A stretch of DNA of 64,000 bases. Source: a virus. Its lineage: Duplodnaviria > Caudoviricetes. The translations under genes and the position numbers were made by a program. The stretch is taken from positions 1-64,000 of IMG/VR virus record IMGVR_UViG_3300035208_006553; one strand, written 5' to 3'. Position 1 is the first letter of the stretch. Every line of letters starts with the position of its first letter. Positions 1 through 10,760 of the stretch are shown piece by piece. The notes below the pieces were generated by a model that saw only the letters and a list, made by a program, of their open reading frames with translations, had not been told where the DNA came from and searched no databases.

Positions 1-93
1 ATGGAAGCATCAACATTAAGTGTTCATACAAAAGTAGAGCTTTTAGTAGAGAACGTAGTCGGTAATGATTTTGATTATTCAGTAACACCGTAA
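1..93 (+). CDS. Probable 3' end of an upstream baseplate-region gene (truncated by window)
   Basis: Open frame from base 1 to TAA at 91-93, followed by GGAG and the next start. Confidence 0.45.
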   Translation: MEASTLSVHTKVELLVENVVGNDFDYSVTP

Positions 94-106
94 ATGGAGA
101 TATAAA

Positions 107-1561
107 ATGAAACAGAATATTAGTATGCAAACAAAACATGTAAAAACAATTCATAAAGAATTATTACTAAACGGTGGTGATCTGGATTTATATCTTGATC
201 TTTTCCTTACTGATGAAAATGGTAAAACTGAAAAAGTATTAACCAAGAAAGCCGATTCATTATTAGCAAACTTTCTTAGGATATTATATATACAAATGTC
301 AAGAGATAGACGAGTTAATGTAATGGGAGGCACTTTTTATACTTTAAGAAATACTCTTACAGCTACTTCTATTACAAGTTTATCGGCAGGAGTCGGTAAT
401 AAAATAAGAATTACATTTTCAATTCCTGCAATTGATACTACAAATACAACAGGATTAATTACATTAGGTGGTTTTCAAGGTGTATCAATTGACGGACAAT
501 ATACTTTTACAAGAATTGATAATTATAGCGTCGATTTAGAAGGTACAACTTATTCTGCTGGTTGGACAACTGGAACCGGTGGAGTTGCTATATATCTTCC
601 AGTTACTACTATGTATGGTCCTTCACATAATTCTTTTCATTCACAAGGTATAATAGTAGGAAGCGGTAGTACGGCAGTAACAGTTGACGACCAATTATTA
701 GAGAAACAAATACCGAATATATCTACACAAGGAGGTTTGACATATAATACTTCTACTGTATCACAAGATACAAGTGATGCTACTTCAGCGCAGATAACAT
801 TTACAAGAACTTTTACGAATAATACACCAAATACTACACAGGTTAATGAAATCGGAATGTTAATGTATGGAGGTAGAAGTACCGGTACTTATTATACATT
901 CTTGACAATGAGAGATATTATTGCCGGAGGAGTTAATGTTGCAACAGGTAAAACTTTAACAGTCAATTATCGTATTAAAACTACTTTAGGAATCGGTACT
1001 GATCCCGGTGGATTTTTATCATCATTTATGAGACTTTTATATCGGATGTGCAGCGGTTTATCAAGAGCTGTTTTTGATATTACTAATACAAGTAGATCAT
1101 ACATAAATGATCCAGGTACTTTTAATGTACTAAGTTGTGGAGGAATAAATAAGACTAGATACTATGATGCTATAGAGGGTTATAAATGCGGTATAGTTAT
1201 TGGAACAGGTAATACAGCAGTATCAATGAGTGACTATTATTTGGAAACTCCAATAGTTCATGGTACTGGAAGCGGTGAAATGTTATATTATGGAGGATTT
1301 GCTGAAGGTTTTACCATTGGTGCAGGATATGCACAATTCAATATATCCAAGGCTATTGAAAATAATTCTGGTGGAACAATTACAGTAAAGGAGTATGTAC
1401 TAACGGGTTCTTCAGATTCTCAGACAAGTAGTCCTCAAGATTGGTATGATAATTTATATTACCAATATACTTTAACAAGAAACGTATTAACAACACCGGT
1501 AAATGTATTAGATCAAGAAATATTAAAAGTAGTATACACAATTAAAGTAATTGTTGTATAA
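107..1561 (+). CDS. Virion structural (baseplate/tail-associated) protein with internal domain duplication
   Basis: Thr/Gly-rich; two copies of F.R.LY..GI.(V/I)G(S/T)G.TAV...D..LE..I...AQ....NN...V.E...VNV..L.V.Y.IK; upstream of baseplate J. Confidence 0.65.
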   Translation: MKQNISMQTKHVKTIHKELLLNGGDLDLYLDLFLTDENGKTEKVLTKKADSLLANFLRILYIQMSRDRRVNVMGGTFYTLRNTLTATSITSLSAGVGNKIRITFSIPAIDTTNTTGLITLGGFQGVSIDGQYTFTRIDNYSVDLEGTTYSAGWTTGTGGVAIYLPVTTMYGPSHNSFHSQGIIVGSGSTAVTVDDQLLEKQIPNISTQGGLTYNTSTVSQDTSDATSAQITFTRTFTNNTPNTTQVNEIGMLMYGGRSTGTYYTFLTMRDIIAGGVNVATGKTLTVNYRIKTTLGIGTDPGGFLSSFMRLLYRMCSGLSRAVFDITNTSRSYINDPGTFNVLSCGGINKTRYYDAIEGYKCGIVIGTGNTAVSMSDYYLETPIVHGTGSGEMLYYGGFAEGFTIGAGYAQFNISKAIENNSGGTITVKEYVLTGSSDSQTSSPQDWYDNLYYQYTLTRNVLTTPVNVLDQEILKVVYTIKVIVV

Positions 1562-1586
1562 ACAGTTTTATTAAGAGTGAGAAAAG

Positions 1587-2984
1587 ATGAAAACGTTTCA
1601 AGAAATAAAAACTGCAATGCGATCTTTTATCAGAGGAAAGAATACTTTAATTGATTTAAGTGAAGGTTCGATAGTTGATGATATAGTCATTTCCGCCCCT
1701 AGTCAAGAAATAGCTAAGTTGTATGAAGAAAATAATATTACGTCTCAAGGTCAATCTCTTGAAACGTCTTCTGATTTAGCTACGGATAGTTTAGGTAAAA
1801 ACATAGGTATTTTAAGATTATCTTCAAGAAGTGCTTCTGGAACGGTTAAATTTTTTACCTTTAATGCTCCTACAAATGATATTACCATATCTGTAGGTAC
1901 AATTATTTCTACTTACGCAACTAACGGTGCTGAAAGTATTCAATTTGTGGTAACATCTACTGTTTATATGTATGCCCAATTGGCTGCTTCATATTTAAAT
2001 GTTACGAAAAATGTTTATGAAGTTTCTGCTTCAATTGAAGCTTTAAAATCAGGGTTAGATGGAATAGTAGGTCCTCAAGCTGTAACTCAATTAGTAACTG
2101 TTATACCCGGTATTGATGGAGTTTATAATGATGATTCAACAGCAGGAGGAGCTGATTCTGAAAGCACAAACGATTTAAAAATAAGAATTGCTGCTAAATG
2201 GAGAGGTAATTCAATTGGAGTTGCAGATGGTTACTTGAGTGAAACTTTAGCGTATCCAGGAGTTGAAGATGCTATAGTTGTAGGAGGTGCTGACACAGGA
2301 AGAGATGATTTAGGACCGGTAGATATATTTATAAGAGGTAAAAAAATAACCCCTGTACAAGATAGTTTTATAGCTTATACTGATTACCCTGATTTAATTT
2401 TATCAAGACAGCCTGTTATAGATTCTGAAACTATAAGTGTTATTACAAATTTAGGAGGTGTGTTATCACCTTCTTTATATACTTTAACAAAAGATACAGG
2501 AGTGTATGCAGGTTCTGTTAGAGGACAAGATAATGTACATTGGATTTACACCTTACCTACTAGTTCTGGATCTGTTGTAGTAAGTTATAGTTATAATAGT
2601 TTAATCTACGATTTACAAAATTATTTTTTAGATCCTTCACGCAATGTTCAAAATATTGATTTACTCGTAAAGTGGGCTACAGAAATTAAAATTGATATTA
2701 CCTGCAGTATAAGAATAACACCGGGTTATGATAGTAATAGTGTTATTTCAGAAATTAGTACTCAGCTTGCTTTATTTTTTAATGATTTAAGTATAGGATC
2801 TTTAATTCAACAATCAGAAGTGGCTGAAACAATTTTATTAGTAGCAGGAGTTGATGATTTACAATTACCCCTTACTCTTTTCCAGGGTGAGAACGGATCA
2901 GTAACTGTCGATAGTTTTGGTAATTTGCAGTTATTAAGTAAGTCATATGCGGTAATTGGTGATTTAATAATTAATGTAGTATAA
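1587..2984 (+). CDS. Baseplate J-like wedge protein
   Basis: ASGTVKF, ISVGTIIST, GGADSESTNDLKIRI, YPGVEDA, GPVDIFI, VAGVDD match the Baseplate_J pattern. Confidence 0.85.
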   Translation: MKTFQEIKTAMRSFIRGKNTLIDLSEGSIVDDIVISAPSQEIAKLYEENNITSQGQSLETSSDLATDSLGKNIGILRLSSRSASGTVKFFTFNAPTNDITISVGTIISTYATNGAESIQFVVTSTVYMYAQLAASYLNVTKNVYEVSASIEALKSGLDGIVGPQAVTQLVTVIPGIDGVYNDDSTAGGADSESTNDLKIRIAAKWRGNSIGVADGYLSETLAYPGVEDAIVVGGADTGRDDLGPVDIFIRGKKITPVQDSFIAYTDYPDLILSRQPVIDSETISVITNLGGVLSPSLYTLTKDTGVYAGSVRGQDNVHWIYTLPTSSGSVVVSYSYNSLIYDLQNYFLDPSRNVQNIDLLVKWATEIKIDITCSIRITPGYDSNSVISEISTQLALFFNDLSIGSLIQQSEVAETILLVAGVDDLQLPLTLFQGENGSVTVDSFGNLQLLSKSYAVIGDLIINVV

Positions 2985-2988
2985 GTTT

Positions 2989-3237
2989 ATGAAAAATTGG
3001 CGTAACGTATTTGGATGGATGAAAACAATACAAAAAGGTGATATTGTTGAAATACTAAAAGATATTAGTAGTGATTTTACCTATAATTTTTTAAGACCTT
3101 AAGGATATGTTACAAAAGTTAACGACCAATATGTGTTTATAGTAACTCAGTCTAGTAAAATGAAAATACCTTTAAAAGATTGGCAAAAATATTTAGTTAT
3201 TACTAAACCAGTTCCAATAATTTTCGAAAAGAGTTGA
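2989..3237 (+). pseudogene. 82-codon small ORF with one in-frame TAA (3100-3102)
   Basis: MKNWRNVFGWMKTIQKGDIVEIL..RP*GYVTKV..FEKS; fills the gap between baseplate genes and ends 1 nt before the next ATG. Confidence 0.55.
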
Positions 3238-3238
3238 A

Positions 3239-5305
3239 ATGGGTTTTTTATTACAGTGGAAGAACTATTCAGTAAGAAGTAAAGAGAGAATTTTAGCAGA
3301 CCTTTATTCTTATCTTTCTCACAAATGGTACTCTGTACGGATTGTAGGTTCGAATATTTATAATTTTTTTGATATGTATGCCGATCAACTTTCTTCTATG
3401 TCTGTAGAAGTACAACAAACATTTGATGATTTGAGTTTATTAACAGTCAGAAACACACCGATTTACAATCGTAGTACTTCAAAATTGTATGATAATTTCG
3501 GAAGCATTTTTGAGGTAAATAAACTTTGGAATCAAAATAATGATACTTATAGTTCAAGTTCTTTACTTTCTTCTTACAGACAACAATTAAGATTTTTATC
3601 TGAAGCTTATTTAGTTGGTTCAACAATTAACGCTCTTCAAAAAACTGGAGAAGGTTATACAGGAGCTTCACCTATTATATTACAACCTTACGTTGACCAT
3701 ATTGGATGGAGATTAATTTCTTTTTCAGCTTCTGTAATTGCTGAAGGTAAAAATGTTCAAGTTTTAGATACGTATTATCCAGGAATTGGAGATATTATAT
3801 ACACAAATTTAAGTTCAGGATCTACCGGACACATACTTAAATATTCACATTCAAGATTGGGTTACAATACAAGACCTGTTAGTAGACAACATTTTTACAG
3901 CGGGTTAAAAATATTCATATACGGCTCTACAAGTGTTAATAATAGTATTGCTCCTTACCTTACTAGAACTACTGGAAGTATGAATGGGTCTTTTGATTTA
4001 TCGATCGAAAATACTATAAAAAATCTCGTAAGAGCTGATATTGATCCACTTTTCTTTTATTCAAATAATTACGTATATGACAAGTATAACCTTGGAGATA
4101 CTATTTTAGGGGATTCTAATTTTACTTTCTCTAGTGGTGGGTTTGTTTATAACCGTACAAGTTACGGTAGTAATTTGAATTACATAGTAGTACCGGCTAC
4201 TTCTCCTTATAGTGGTAATATATTCAGTGGAGAAATTAATAAACCAACAGGTTCTTTATTAAGAAGTAGAATTGTTACTTTACCCTTAAATTATGCTAAT
4301 TATGTATGGTTTTACGACTGGTCTACTCTATTAAGGAATGACGCTTATTATAATGCTCAAGTTAGAAGCTATCCTTCTGCTTCTATACCTAATACTGTTT
4401 ATTATAAAGATGTTAAGTTTGTGACACCTAAAACTTTATTATTACAAATGCCTTCTGGAGCAACTGGAGCACATTGGTTGTTTCAAGATAAAAATTACGC
4501 TCAAGACATTACAGGAAATGGAAATAATTTAGCTATTAGTACTGCTTCTGTAAATAATATATCTTTAATGAGACCTCGACAAGGGTTGAGATTAGGTATA
4601 TACGGAGAAAAAGGATCTTATTTATATAGATACATTACTAGTGATAAATTAAATTTTTATAGTGCCGATTTTTTTCTTGAAGCTTGGATAACTGGTATAG
4701 ATAAATCTGCAGTAGGTAATTTTACATCTTTTACTGTAAAAAGGCAATCAACAATTAACGATACTTATAATTTAACAAGTAAAGGATACGCTCTTATAAT
4801 TACCAGTGCTTCTCAAAGCGTAGCTTTACAGATCAGAGATGATAGTGGTGAAATTTATACATTAAATGGTTCTATTGCTGATTTATTTACTGAAGAACCG
4901 GAAAGACCTCATTATTTTGCAGCTAGCTATAATAATGGAAAGTGTTTTGTATATTTAGATGGTAGACAAATAGCTACAGGTTCATCTACTGTAATTCCTT
5001 CCGATGTTATTCAAGGTTATACAATTGTTAAATGTGAAGGTACTGATATAGGGGTAGATGAAATTATAGCATCTACAGGTCAGTTATTACCTCCTTCTGC
5101 TTTAAGTAGATTTAATAATAGTAAACCTTATCAGTTTGGTTATAAAATTGATAATTTAGATTTAGAGAGATGTCACCAATTGCAATTAGAAGTGCATGCT
5201 TCCGGATCAGCAGATTTTGAATATCATCAATTCTCAATTAGAGGTATAGATGATTTATATTTACATTCACCTTCAATAACAGTTATCACAGGTAGTGTAA
5301 TTTAG
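3239..5305 (+). CDS. Baseplate/tail protein with C-terminal LamG (concanavalin A-like) domain
   Basis: Follows baseplate J; C-terminal FFLEAWI, HYFAASYNNGKCFVYLDG, GVDEI are LamG-like. Confidence 0.7.
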   Translation: MGFLLQWKNYSVRSKERILADLYSYLSHKWYSVRIVGSNIYNFFDMYADQLSSMSVEVQQTFDDLSLLTVRNTPIYNRSTSKLYDNFGSIFEVNKLWNQNNDTYSSSSLLSSYRQQLRFLSEAYLVGSTINALQKTGEGYTGASPIILQPYVDHIGWRLISFSASVIAEGKNVQVLDTYYPGIGDIIYTNLSSGSTGHILKYSHSRLGYNTRPVSRQHFYSGLKIFIYGSTSVNNSIAPYLTRTTGSMNGSFDLSIENTIKNLVRADIDPLFFYSNNYVYDKYNLGDTILGDSNFTFSSGGFVYNRTSYGSNLNYIVVPATSPYSGNIFSGEINKPTGSLLRSRIVTLPLNYANYVWFYDWSTLLRNDAYYNAQVRSYPSASIPNTVYYKDVKFVTPKTLLLQMPSGATGAHWLFQDKNYAQDITGNGNNLAISTASVNNISLMRPRQGLRLGIYGEKGSYLYRYITSDKLNFYSADFFLEAWITGIDKSAVGNFTSFTVKRQSTINDTYNLTSKGYALIITSASQSVALQIRDDSGEIYTLNGSIADLFTEEPERPHYFAASYNNGKCFVYLDGRQIATGSSTVIPSDVIQGYTIVKCEGTDIGVDEIIASTGQLLPPSALSRFNNSKPYQFGYKIDNLDLERCHQLQLEVHASGSADFEYHQFSIRGIDDLYLHSPSITVITGSVI

Positions 5306-5355
5306 AAAAAATAAATGAACATAAATATTTTATAAATTTTTAAAAGGTCGCAAGT

Positions 5356-7434
5356 ATGTTAAGCAAACCTCATTTTTACAATGATATTGATGTGTTATCT
5401 GATGACCTTAATCAAATAGGATCTCATTCATCAAATGAATTTAAAAGTACTCTTCTTGCATTTCTGGCTAATGCTGGAGGTTTTAATAATTCTCCTTTTG
5501 GTTCTCGTACAACTCCAAAAGGAGTTATAGGATCCCCTGCTGATTATGTATTAGCTAAAAATTTAAAAGTTAAAGGAGTTAAAGATGAACCTAATCAAAT
5601 AAACGTATGTCTAGGAAATGGGTTAGATGATTATGGAAATTTAATTACAATACCTAGCACTTTAACAATTACTTTTGGAGATAACACTTCGAATTACAAA
5701 TGGACAGATGCTATTTCAGGACTTACATATGTTGCTGTTCATTATCAAGAGTCTTCAAGTAGTCTTAAATCAGATCTTGTAGGAGCTTTATATCCTACTA
5801 GATATACTCCTGGTTATTTTGTAACAGTGGGCAATCTTCCTACAAGTAATTATATATTATTAGCTTCTTTCTATACAAGTCTATCTGGAAATATGATAGG
5901 AGGTGTTTCAGACTTACGAGAGTATGTAAGATTAAACGTTACAGCTAGTAGTGTTATTTTAAATCCAATTACACCTTTTAAAAAGTCACCTTCTACACAC
6001 GCTACAGTTGAAGATCACGTTAACGCTGTAGGTACGGGAGTTGTATCAATACAAAATCCGCATGGCCTTTCTTTAACAGATTTAGGTTATTCAGATACTA
6101 GTATATCTTTAATTAATTCTCATTTAACCAAAGATCACCTTAACGGTATATTAGTAATAAACCCTGGATCAGCATCTGCTTGGAATTCTTTTAAAGCTAC
6201 TGTAAACAATCCCACTAGTAATGCTTATTTAAGTTTTGCAGCTCCCGCAGGCGCTATATTAATAGTTAATGGAAGTATTATAAGTACTTCTTTAGGTACT
6301 CTTTATGCCTCCACAGCTCCAAGTGACGGCACTTACTGGGCTGTTTGCGATGCTTCAGGAAGTCTTTCATGGAAGAGTTCAACATTTTTCACAGATGAAG
6401 AATTACTTGTTGGAGCTATTACTAGAACTAACCATAAAGCTTCTCAATATTATATTTTAGGTCTAGCTACTATTGCAGATAGTATGAGTGATATTCCATC
6501 ATTTGTAGATCATAGAGGTTTTAATTCTTTTGCAACCAGAGATGTAGATTCAGATATTGAATCGCAATTAGATCCCTATTCTGTTGCAGGTACTCTATAT
6601 GGAAGTAGTTCTTTAACTACTAGTCTAGCTCGGTTAAGGTTTCAGGTAGCAAGAGCAATAGGAACTGTAGGTGGATCTTGGCTTACTAATACTTTTCCTT
6701 TAACAGATGGTCCTTTATCTAACGCAGATCTTTACCATGCGCATAACTTTGATGCTTTAACAGATGTATTAGCAAATCCCAATGTTACAATGAGTAACCT
6801 TGTAAGATCAACAGCAGGAACCAGTTCAGTCGTTGATGATTTACACACGCATAGTTTTGCTAGTTTAAGTGATATTGTAGCAGCAGGTATTACTTTTGAT
6901 GATTTACAAAGAGTTGCTTATGGTTATAATTATAGATTTTACAAAGCTAGTGATGTTTCTGCTACAGGTTCTGAAGACAGTGATAATTGGTATATTCCTT
7001 CAGATCTGAGTTACCGTATTCTCGGTTTTACAGAAGTTATGACTGGTGAAGTAGTCCCAATTGCAATTGCAGGGGGTATAACTTTTGAAAAAGCCGGCTA
7101 TTACGAAATAGAAGCGGCTGTTCAATTGACAGCTGCAGGTGTTACCGATGCAAATCAATCTGTTCTTTCACTTGTAGAGACTGGAGCTGGTAATACAGGT
7201 TCTGTTGTAGTTAACACAACAATTCTCAATGTAGATGGAGGTGTTAACAGAAATAAAATTTTGTATAAAGTTCTATATCCTTCAGGTAGTGTAAACCAAA
7301 ATAAAATACAGGTATATGCAATGGCTAATTTCTATTTATCAGCGTCTCCTGTTGATGCAGGTCTTCCAAAAAACACTACTGCTGCTTATTCATTTAATAA
7401 TTTTCTTTCAGTGAGAATGGTTAAAAGTTTATAG
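5356..7434 (+). CDS. Tail fibre / receptor-binding protein
   Basis: Last gene of the structural block; NPHGLSLTDLG and repeated HxH motifs (DLYHAHNF, DLHTHSF) typical of trimeric fibres. Confidence 0.7.
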   Translation: MLSKPHFYNDIDVLSDDLNQIGSHSSNEFKSTLLAFLANAGGFNNSPFGSRTTPKGVIGSPADYVLAKNLKVKGVKDEPNQINVCLGNGLDDYGNLITIPSTLTITFGDNTSNYKWTDAISGLTYVAVHYQESSSSLKSDLVGALYPTRYTPGYFVTVGNLPTSNYILLASFYTSLSGNMIGGVSDLREYVRLNVTASSVILNPITPFKKSPSTHATVEDHVNAVGTGVVSIQNPHGLSLTDLGYSDTSISLINSHLTKDHLNGILVINPGSASAWNSFKATVNNPTSNAYLSFAAPAGAILIVNGSIISTSLGTLYASTAPSDGTYWAVCDASGSLSWKSSTFFTDEELLVGAITRTNHKASQYYILGLATIADSMSDIPSFVDHRGFNSFATRDVDSDIESQLDPYSVAGTLYGSSSLTTSLARLRFQVARAIGTVGGSWLTNTFPLTDGPLSNADLYHAHNFDALTDVLANPNVTMSNLVRSTAGTSSVVDDLHTHSFASLSDIVAAGITFDDLQRVAYGYNYRFYKASDVSATGSEDSDNWYIPSDLSYRILGFTEVMTGEVVPIAIAGGITFEKAGYYEIEAAVQLTAAGVTDANQSVLSLVETGAGNTGSVVVNTTILNVDGGVNRNKILYKVLYPSGSVNQNKIQVYAMANFYLSASPVDAGLPKNTTAAYSFNNFLSVRMVKSL

Positions 7435-7448
7435 TATATGAGTTAAAT

Positions 7449-7811
7449 ATGTCGATATTTAAGTACCCTTTATTAGGAAACATTGTAGGAAATATTTTAG
7501 TTATTGTATATAAAGGTCAGAAAGTAAATGTAAAAATACAATCTACCTACCTAGTAAAGGTGTTTGTTGTTAACAAATTAATTCCTTCTTCAGCAGTAGC
7601 AATTACTTACGGCACAAAAATTCTTATAAAATCAAAGACATATAACGATATTACTCAAAGATGGTTAGTGTTAAGTCATGAGACTGTACATATAGATCAA
7701 TGGTGCAGATACGGTTTTTTTGGTGTAGGTTTTTTAGTAAAGTATATATTTCAGTATTGTAAATACGGATACAAAAATTCACCACTCGAAAAAGAAGCAG
7801 ATGAAAATTAA
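7449..7811 (+). CDS. Small zincin-like metallopeptidase (DUF4157-like)
   Basis: AITYG..I, HETVH (HExxH) followed by Q, and NSPLEKEA. Confidence 0.6.
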   Translation: MSIFKYPLLGNIVGNILVIVYKGQKVNVKIQSTYLVKVFVVNKLIPSSAVAITYGTKILIKSKTYNDITQRWLVLSHETVHIDQWCRYGFFGVGFLVKYIFQYCKYGYKNSPLEKEADEN

Positions 7812-7835
7812 AAATATTTTTTTTTTTAATAAAAA

Positions 7836-8039
7836 TTGAAAATATTTTCAATTTCTGGTTTTAAACTTAACTCTTCAATGTATTATATCGCACGTCGTGC
7901 GTTCAATTGGAAAAGATATGTGCTTATTAATCTATCAACAAAAAATTATAAGGGGATGGTGAGAACTCTAAAAATTTATACATTTACAATAAAAATACTG
8001 TTTGTAGTGTTTTTTAGTACCGGTAAGTGTATAATATAA
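7836..8039 (+). CDS. Hypothetical protein
   Basis: ORF track only; weak TTG start. Confidence 0.25.
   Translation: MKIFSISGFKLNSSMYYIARRAFNWKRYVLINLSTKNYKGMVRTLKIYTFTIKILFVVFFSTGKCII
8028..8035 (+). promoter_or_regulatory. Candidate promoter -10 (TGTATAAT) for the glycosyltransferase island
   Basis: Same core recurs in several other intergenic gaps. Confidence 0.45.
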
Positions 8040-8101
8040 ATTAAAAACCTTTTCTAAAAAAAAAAATACAGATTTATTACTAATCTTAAAGAGATACGTA
8101 A

Positions 8102-9391
8102 ATGGATAAAAAAATTAAAGTCGTAGCAATTGCGGACGATATTCGTATACCGTCAGGTGTAGGTATTCAATGCAAAAAGATTTTAACAGGTCTATTAAAA
8201 ACAAACAAATATGAAGTTGTAGAACTTGCAGGTTCTTTAGTGCGTGGAGATATGAATCCTGTAATGTATAAAGGTGTAAAACTCTATCCAACTGGAGGAG
8301 AAGCTTATGGAAATACTTATCAATTAAGATTACTTTTACAAATAGAAAAACCTGATATTTTATTAATTTTTTCTGATCCTCGATTTTTTCAGTATGTATT
8401 TAATATGGATGATGAAATACGTCAAAATTGTAAATTAGTATTTTACCATACCTGGGATAATGCACCTTTTCCTAGATTTAATCTTCCTTTTTATAGAGCA
8501 TGTGATGAAATTATTATGATATCTGAATTTTCTTACGAATTGATGAAAAGCGGAGAAGTTCACTGTTATCATATACCCCATATGCAAGATCCAACTGAAT
8601 TTTTTCCATTGCCAGCAGATAAGGTTCAAGAGGAGCGAAACCATTTTCAAAAATTGTTAAATTTACCTCGTCTTGATTTTATTATATTTTATAATAATAG
8701 AAATCTAGATAGAAAAAGACCTGGGGATGTTATTAATATTTTTGATAAGTTTAATAAAAAACACCCTAATTCAATACTGTTAATGAACACACATGCTATA
8801 GATCCAGAAGGTACTGATTTATTACAAATACAGAATGAATATGTAAGAAGACAAATACCTATACTTTACAATTTTAATAGAGTTGATAATGTAACATTAA
8901 ATTTGTTTTATAATGCAGCTGATATTACAATTAGTATACCTTATGCAGAAGGATTTGGATTGTGTGTAAGTGAGTCTTTACTTGCGAGTACACCTGTTGT
9001 TGCTACACGTACTGGAGGAATAACTGAACAAATGAGTTTTACAGAACACCATGAAGCTGTTTCTGATGCTGATGGAAAAGGTTATGATGCATATGATGAG
9101 GAAATTACGTTTGGTAAACTTATAGATCCAGCAGTTAGAAATTTATTTGGGACACCTGGATCAGCTTATATTTATAGAGATTATGTAAGAGATGAAGATG
9201 TATTAGATGCTTTAGAAGTAATGTATAATATGAAAGAAAATAATAAGTTAGATGATTTAGGAATAAAAGGAAGAGATTATGTATCTCGAAAATATAATGA
9301 AAATGATATAGTTCAAAAATGGGATACTATATTAACTAATATTTACAATAAATCTTCTGAATATAGAAGAATTAATTTAGTTGAGGTTTAA
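8102..9391 (+). CDS. Glycosyltransferase, GT-B fold (GT4-like)
   Basis: SGVG N-terminal loop, NRNLDRKR, AEGFGLCVSESLLASTPVV (E-x7-E). Confidence 0.9.
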   Translation: MDKKIKVVAIADDIRIPSGVGIQCKKILTGLLKTNKYEVVELAGSLVRGDMNPVMYKGVKLYPTGGEAYGNTYQLRLLLQIEKPDILLIFSDPRFFQYVFNMDDEIRQNCKLVFYHTWDNAPFPRFNLPFYRACDEIIMISEFSYELMKSGEVHCYHIPHMQDPTEFFPLPADKVQEERNHFQKLLNLPRLDFIIFYNNRNLDRKRPGDVINIFDKFNKKHPNSILLMNTHAIDPEGTDLLQIQNEYVRRQIPILYNFNRVDNVTLNLFYNAADITISIPYAEGFGLCVSESLLASTPVVATRTGGITEQMSFTEHHEAVSDADGKGYDAYDEEITFGKLIDPAVRNLFGTPGSAYIYRDYVRDEDVLDALEVMYNMKENNKLDDLGIKGRDYVSRKYNENDIVQKWDTILTNIYNKSSEYRRINLVEV

Positions 9392-9392
9392 A

Positions 9393-9542
9393 ATGTTAAC
9401 ATTTTTATACACAAAATATTTAAATAGAGGTTTTGAGATCTTTATACCTTCTGTTATAGTTTCACTTATTGTAGCATGTATAGTTTGTACTGATGTAGCT
9501 ATATTTGCAGGTTTATTATATCTTATTGGAGTAGGTAGATGA
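9393..9542 (+). CDS. Small membrane protein (49 aa)
   Basis: MLTFLYTKYLNRGFEIFIPSVIVSLIVACIVCTDVAIFAGLLYLIGVGR; fills the gap with an ATGA overlap to the next gene. Confidence 0.55.
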   Translation: MLTFLYTKYLNRGFEIFIPSVIVSLIVACIVCTDVAIFAGLLYLIGVGR

Positions 9543-10756
9543 GACAAACTATTGTAATTCAAGCACCTGTTTTTTCGTTAAGCGGATACGGAGCTCATAG
9601 TAGAGATATATTATTATCTCTTTGGGATACTCAACAATTTAATATCGCATGTGTGCCAACAGGGTGGGGAAGTACTTCTTTATCTTTTAATTTACCTCCT
9701 TCTCAGGTTGATATTTTAAATTTTACAACTCAAAATAAGATACATCCAGGGGTTGAATTTATTTGGTTACAAGTAGGTATACCTAACGAGTTTGATAGAA
9801 AAGGTAAAATTAATATAGGGGTTACTGCTGGTATTGAAGCTACTGCTTTACCTCCCGGTTGGAAAGATGGCTGTAATAAGATGGATGCAATAATTGTACC
9901 TTCTACTTTTATTCAACAGTTATTTATAAAAGAAGGAGTTACAGTACCTGTTTATATTGTTGGAGAAGGAGTTGATACATCTATTTTTAATGATCAATCT
10001 TGTAAGGAGAAAACAGAAGTTGATACTATTTTAGATTCTATTAGCACTGAGTTTAATTATTTAGGAGGAGGTCAATGGCTAGGTGGCAGTATTGGAGAAG
10101 ATAGAAAAGGTATAGGTTTATTAATTAAAACTTTTGTAGATACTTTTGCTGACGATAAAAGAGTTGGATTAGTGTTGAAAACATTTTGTAATAATAATTC
10201 TTCTGTTGATAGATTTGACACAGAAGAAAGATTAAAAGAAATAAAAGGAGGTAAAAAATTTCCAAAAGTTTATCTCTTATCTGGTGATTTTAAAAACGAT
10301 GAATTAGTTAGTTTATATCATCATTCAAAGATAAAAGGATTTGTCAGTTTAACGGCAGGTGAAGGTTTTGGAAGAATGGGTTTAGAAGCTATGGCTTGTG
10401 ATTTACCTGTTATAATGACAGGGTGGTCTGGACACATGGATTATATGTCAAAAAATCATTTTAGTTTAGTAGATTACGTATTGGATAAGGTTCCAAGAAA
10501 TGTAGTAATATCAAGTAGAGGTTTATTTCAACCAGATATGATGTGGGCTAAAGTGGATACTAAAGATGCAAAATATAAAATGAAAAAGTTATACGACGGT
10601 TATTCAATATCTAAAGAAAAAGCGAAAGAAGAAGGTATAAGAATAAGAAGAGATTGGAATAAAGAAGTATGTTATAAACAATTGATAAATGTAATTAATA
10701 CATTTGTTGCAAAAATACAAACTCCACAAATTTTAATGCCTGTAGATAAAGGTTAA
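9539..10756 (+). CDS. Glycosyltransferase, GT-B fold (GT4-like)
   Basis: SGYGAHSR, DRKGI, GEGFGRMGLEAMACDLPVI. Confidence 0.9.
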   Translation: MRQTIVIQAPVFSLSGYGAHSRDILLSLWDTQQFNIACVPTGWGSTSLSFNLPPSQVDILNFTTQNKIHPGVEFIWLQVGIPNEFDRKGKINIGVTAGIEATALPPGWKDGCNKMDAIIVPSTFIQQLFIKEGVTVPVYIVGEGVDTSIFNDQSCKEKTEVDTILDSISTEFNYLGGGQWLGGSIGEDRKGIGLLIKTFVDTFADDKRVGLVLKTFCNNNSSVDRFDTEERLKEIKGGKKFPKVYLLSGDFKNDELVSLYHHSKIKGFVSLTAGEGFGRMGLEAMACDLPVIMTGWSGHMDYMSKNHFSLVDYVLDKVPRNVVISSRGLFQPDMMWAKVDTKDAKYKMKKLYDGYSISKEKAKEEGIRIRRDWNKEVCYKQLINVINTFVAKIQTPQILMPVDKG

Positions 10757-10760
10757 TAAC

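Noticed and set aside
7801-8039. T11 tract as a frameshift joining ATG 7801 to ORF 7836
   Set aside because: A TAA at 7827 is in the downstream frame, so no tract length restores a fusion.
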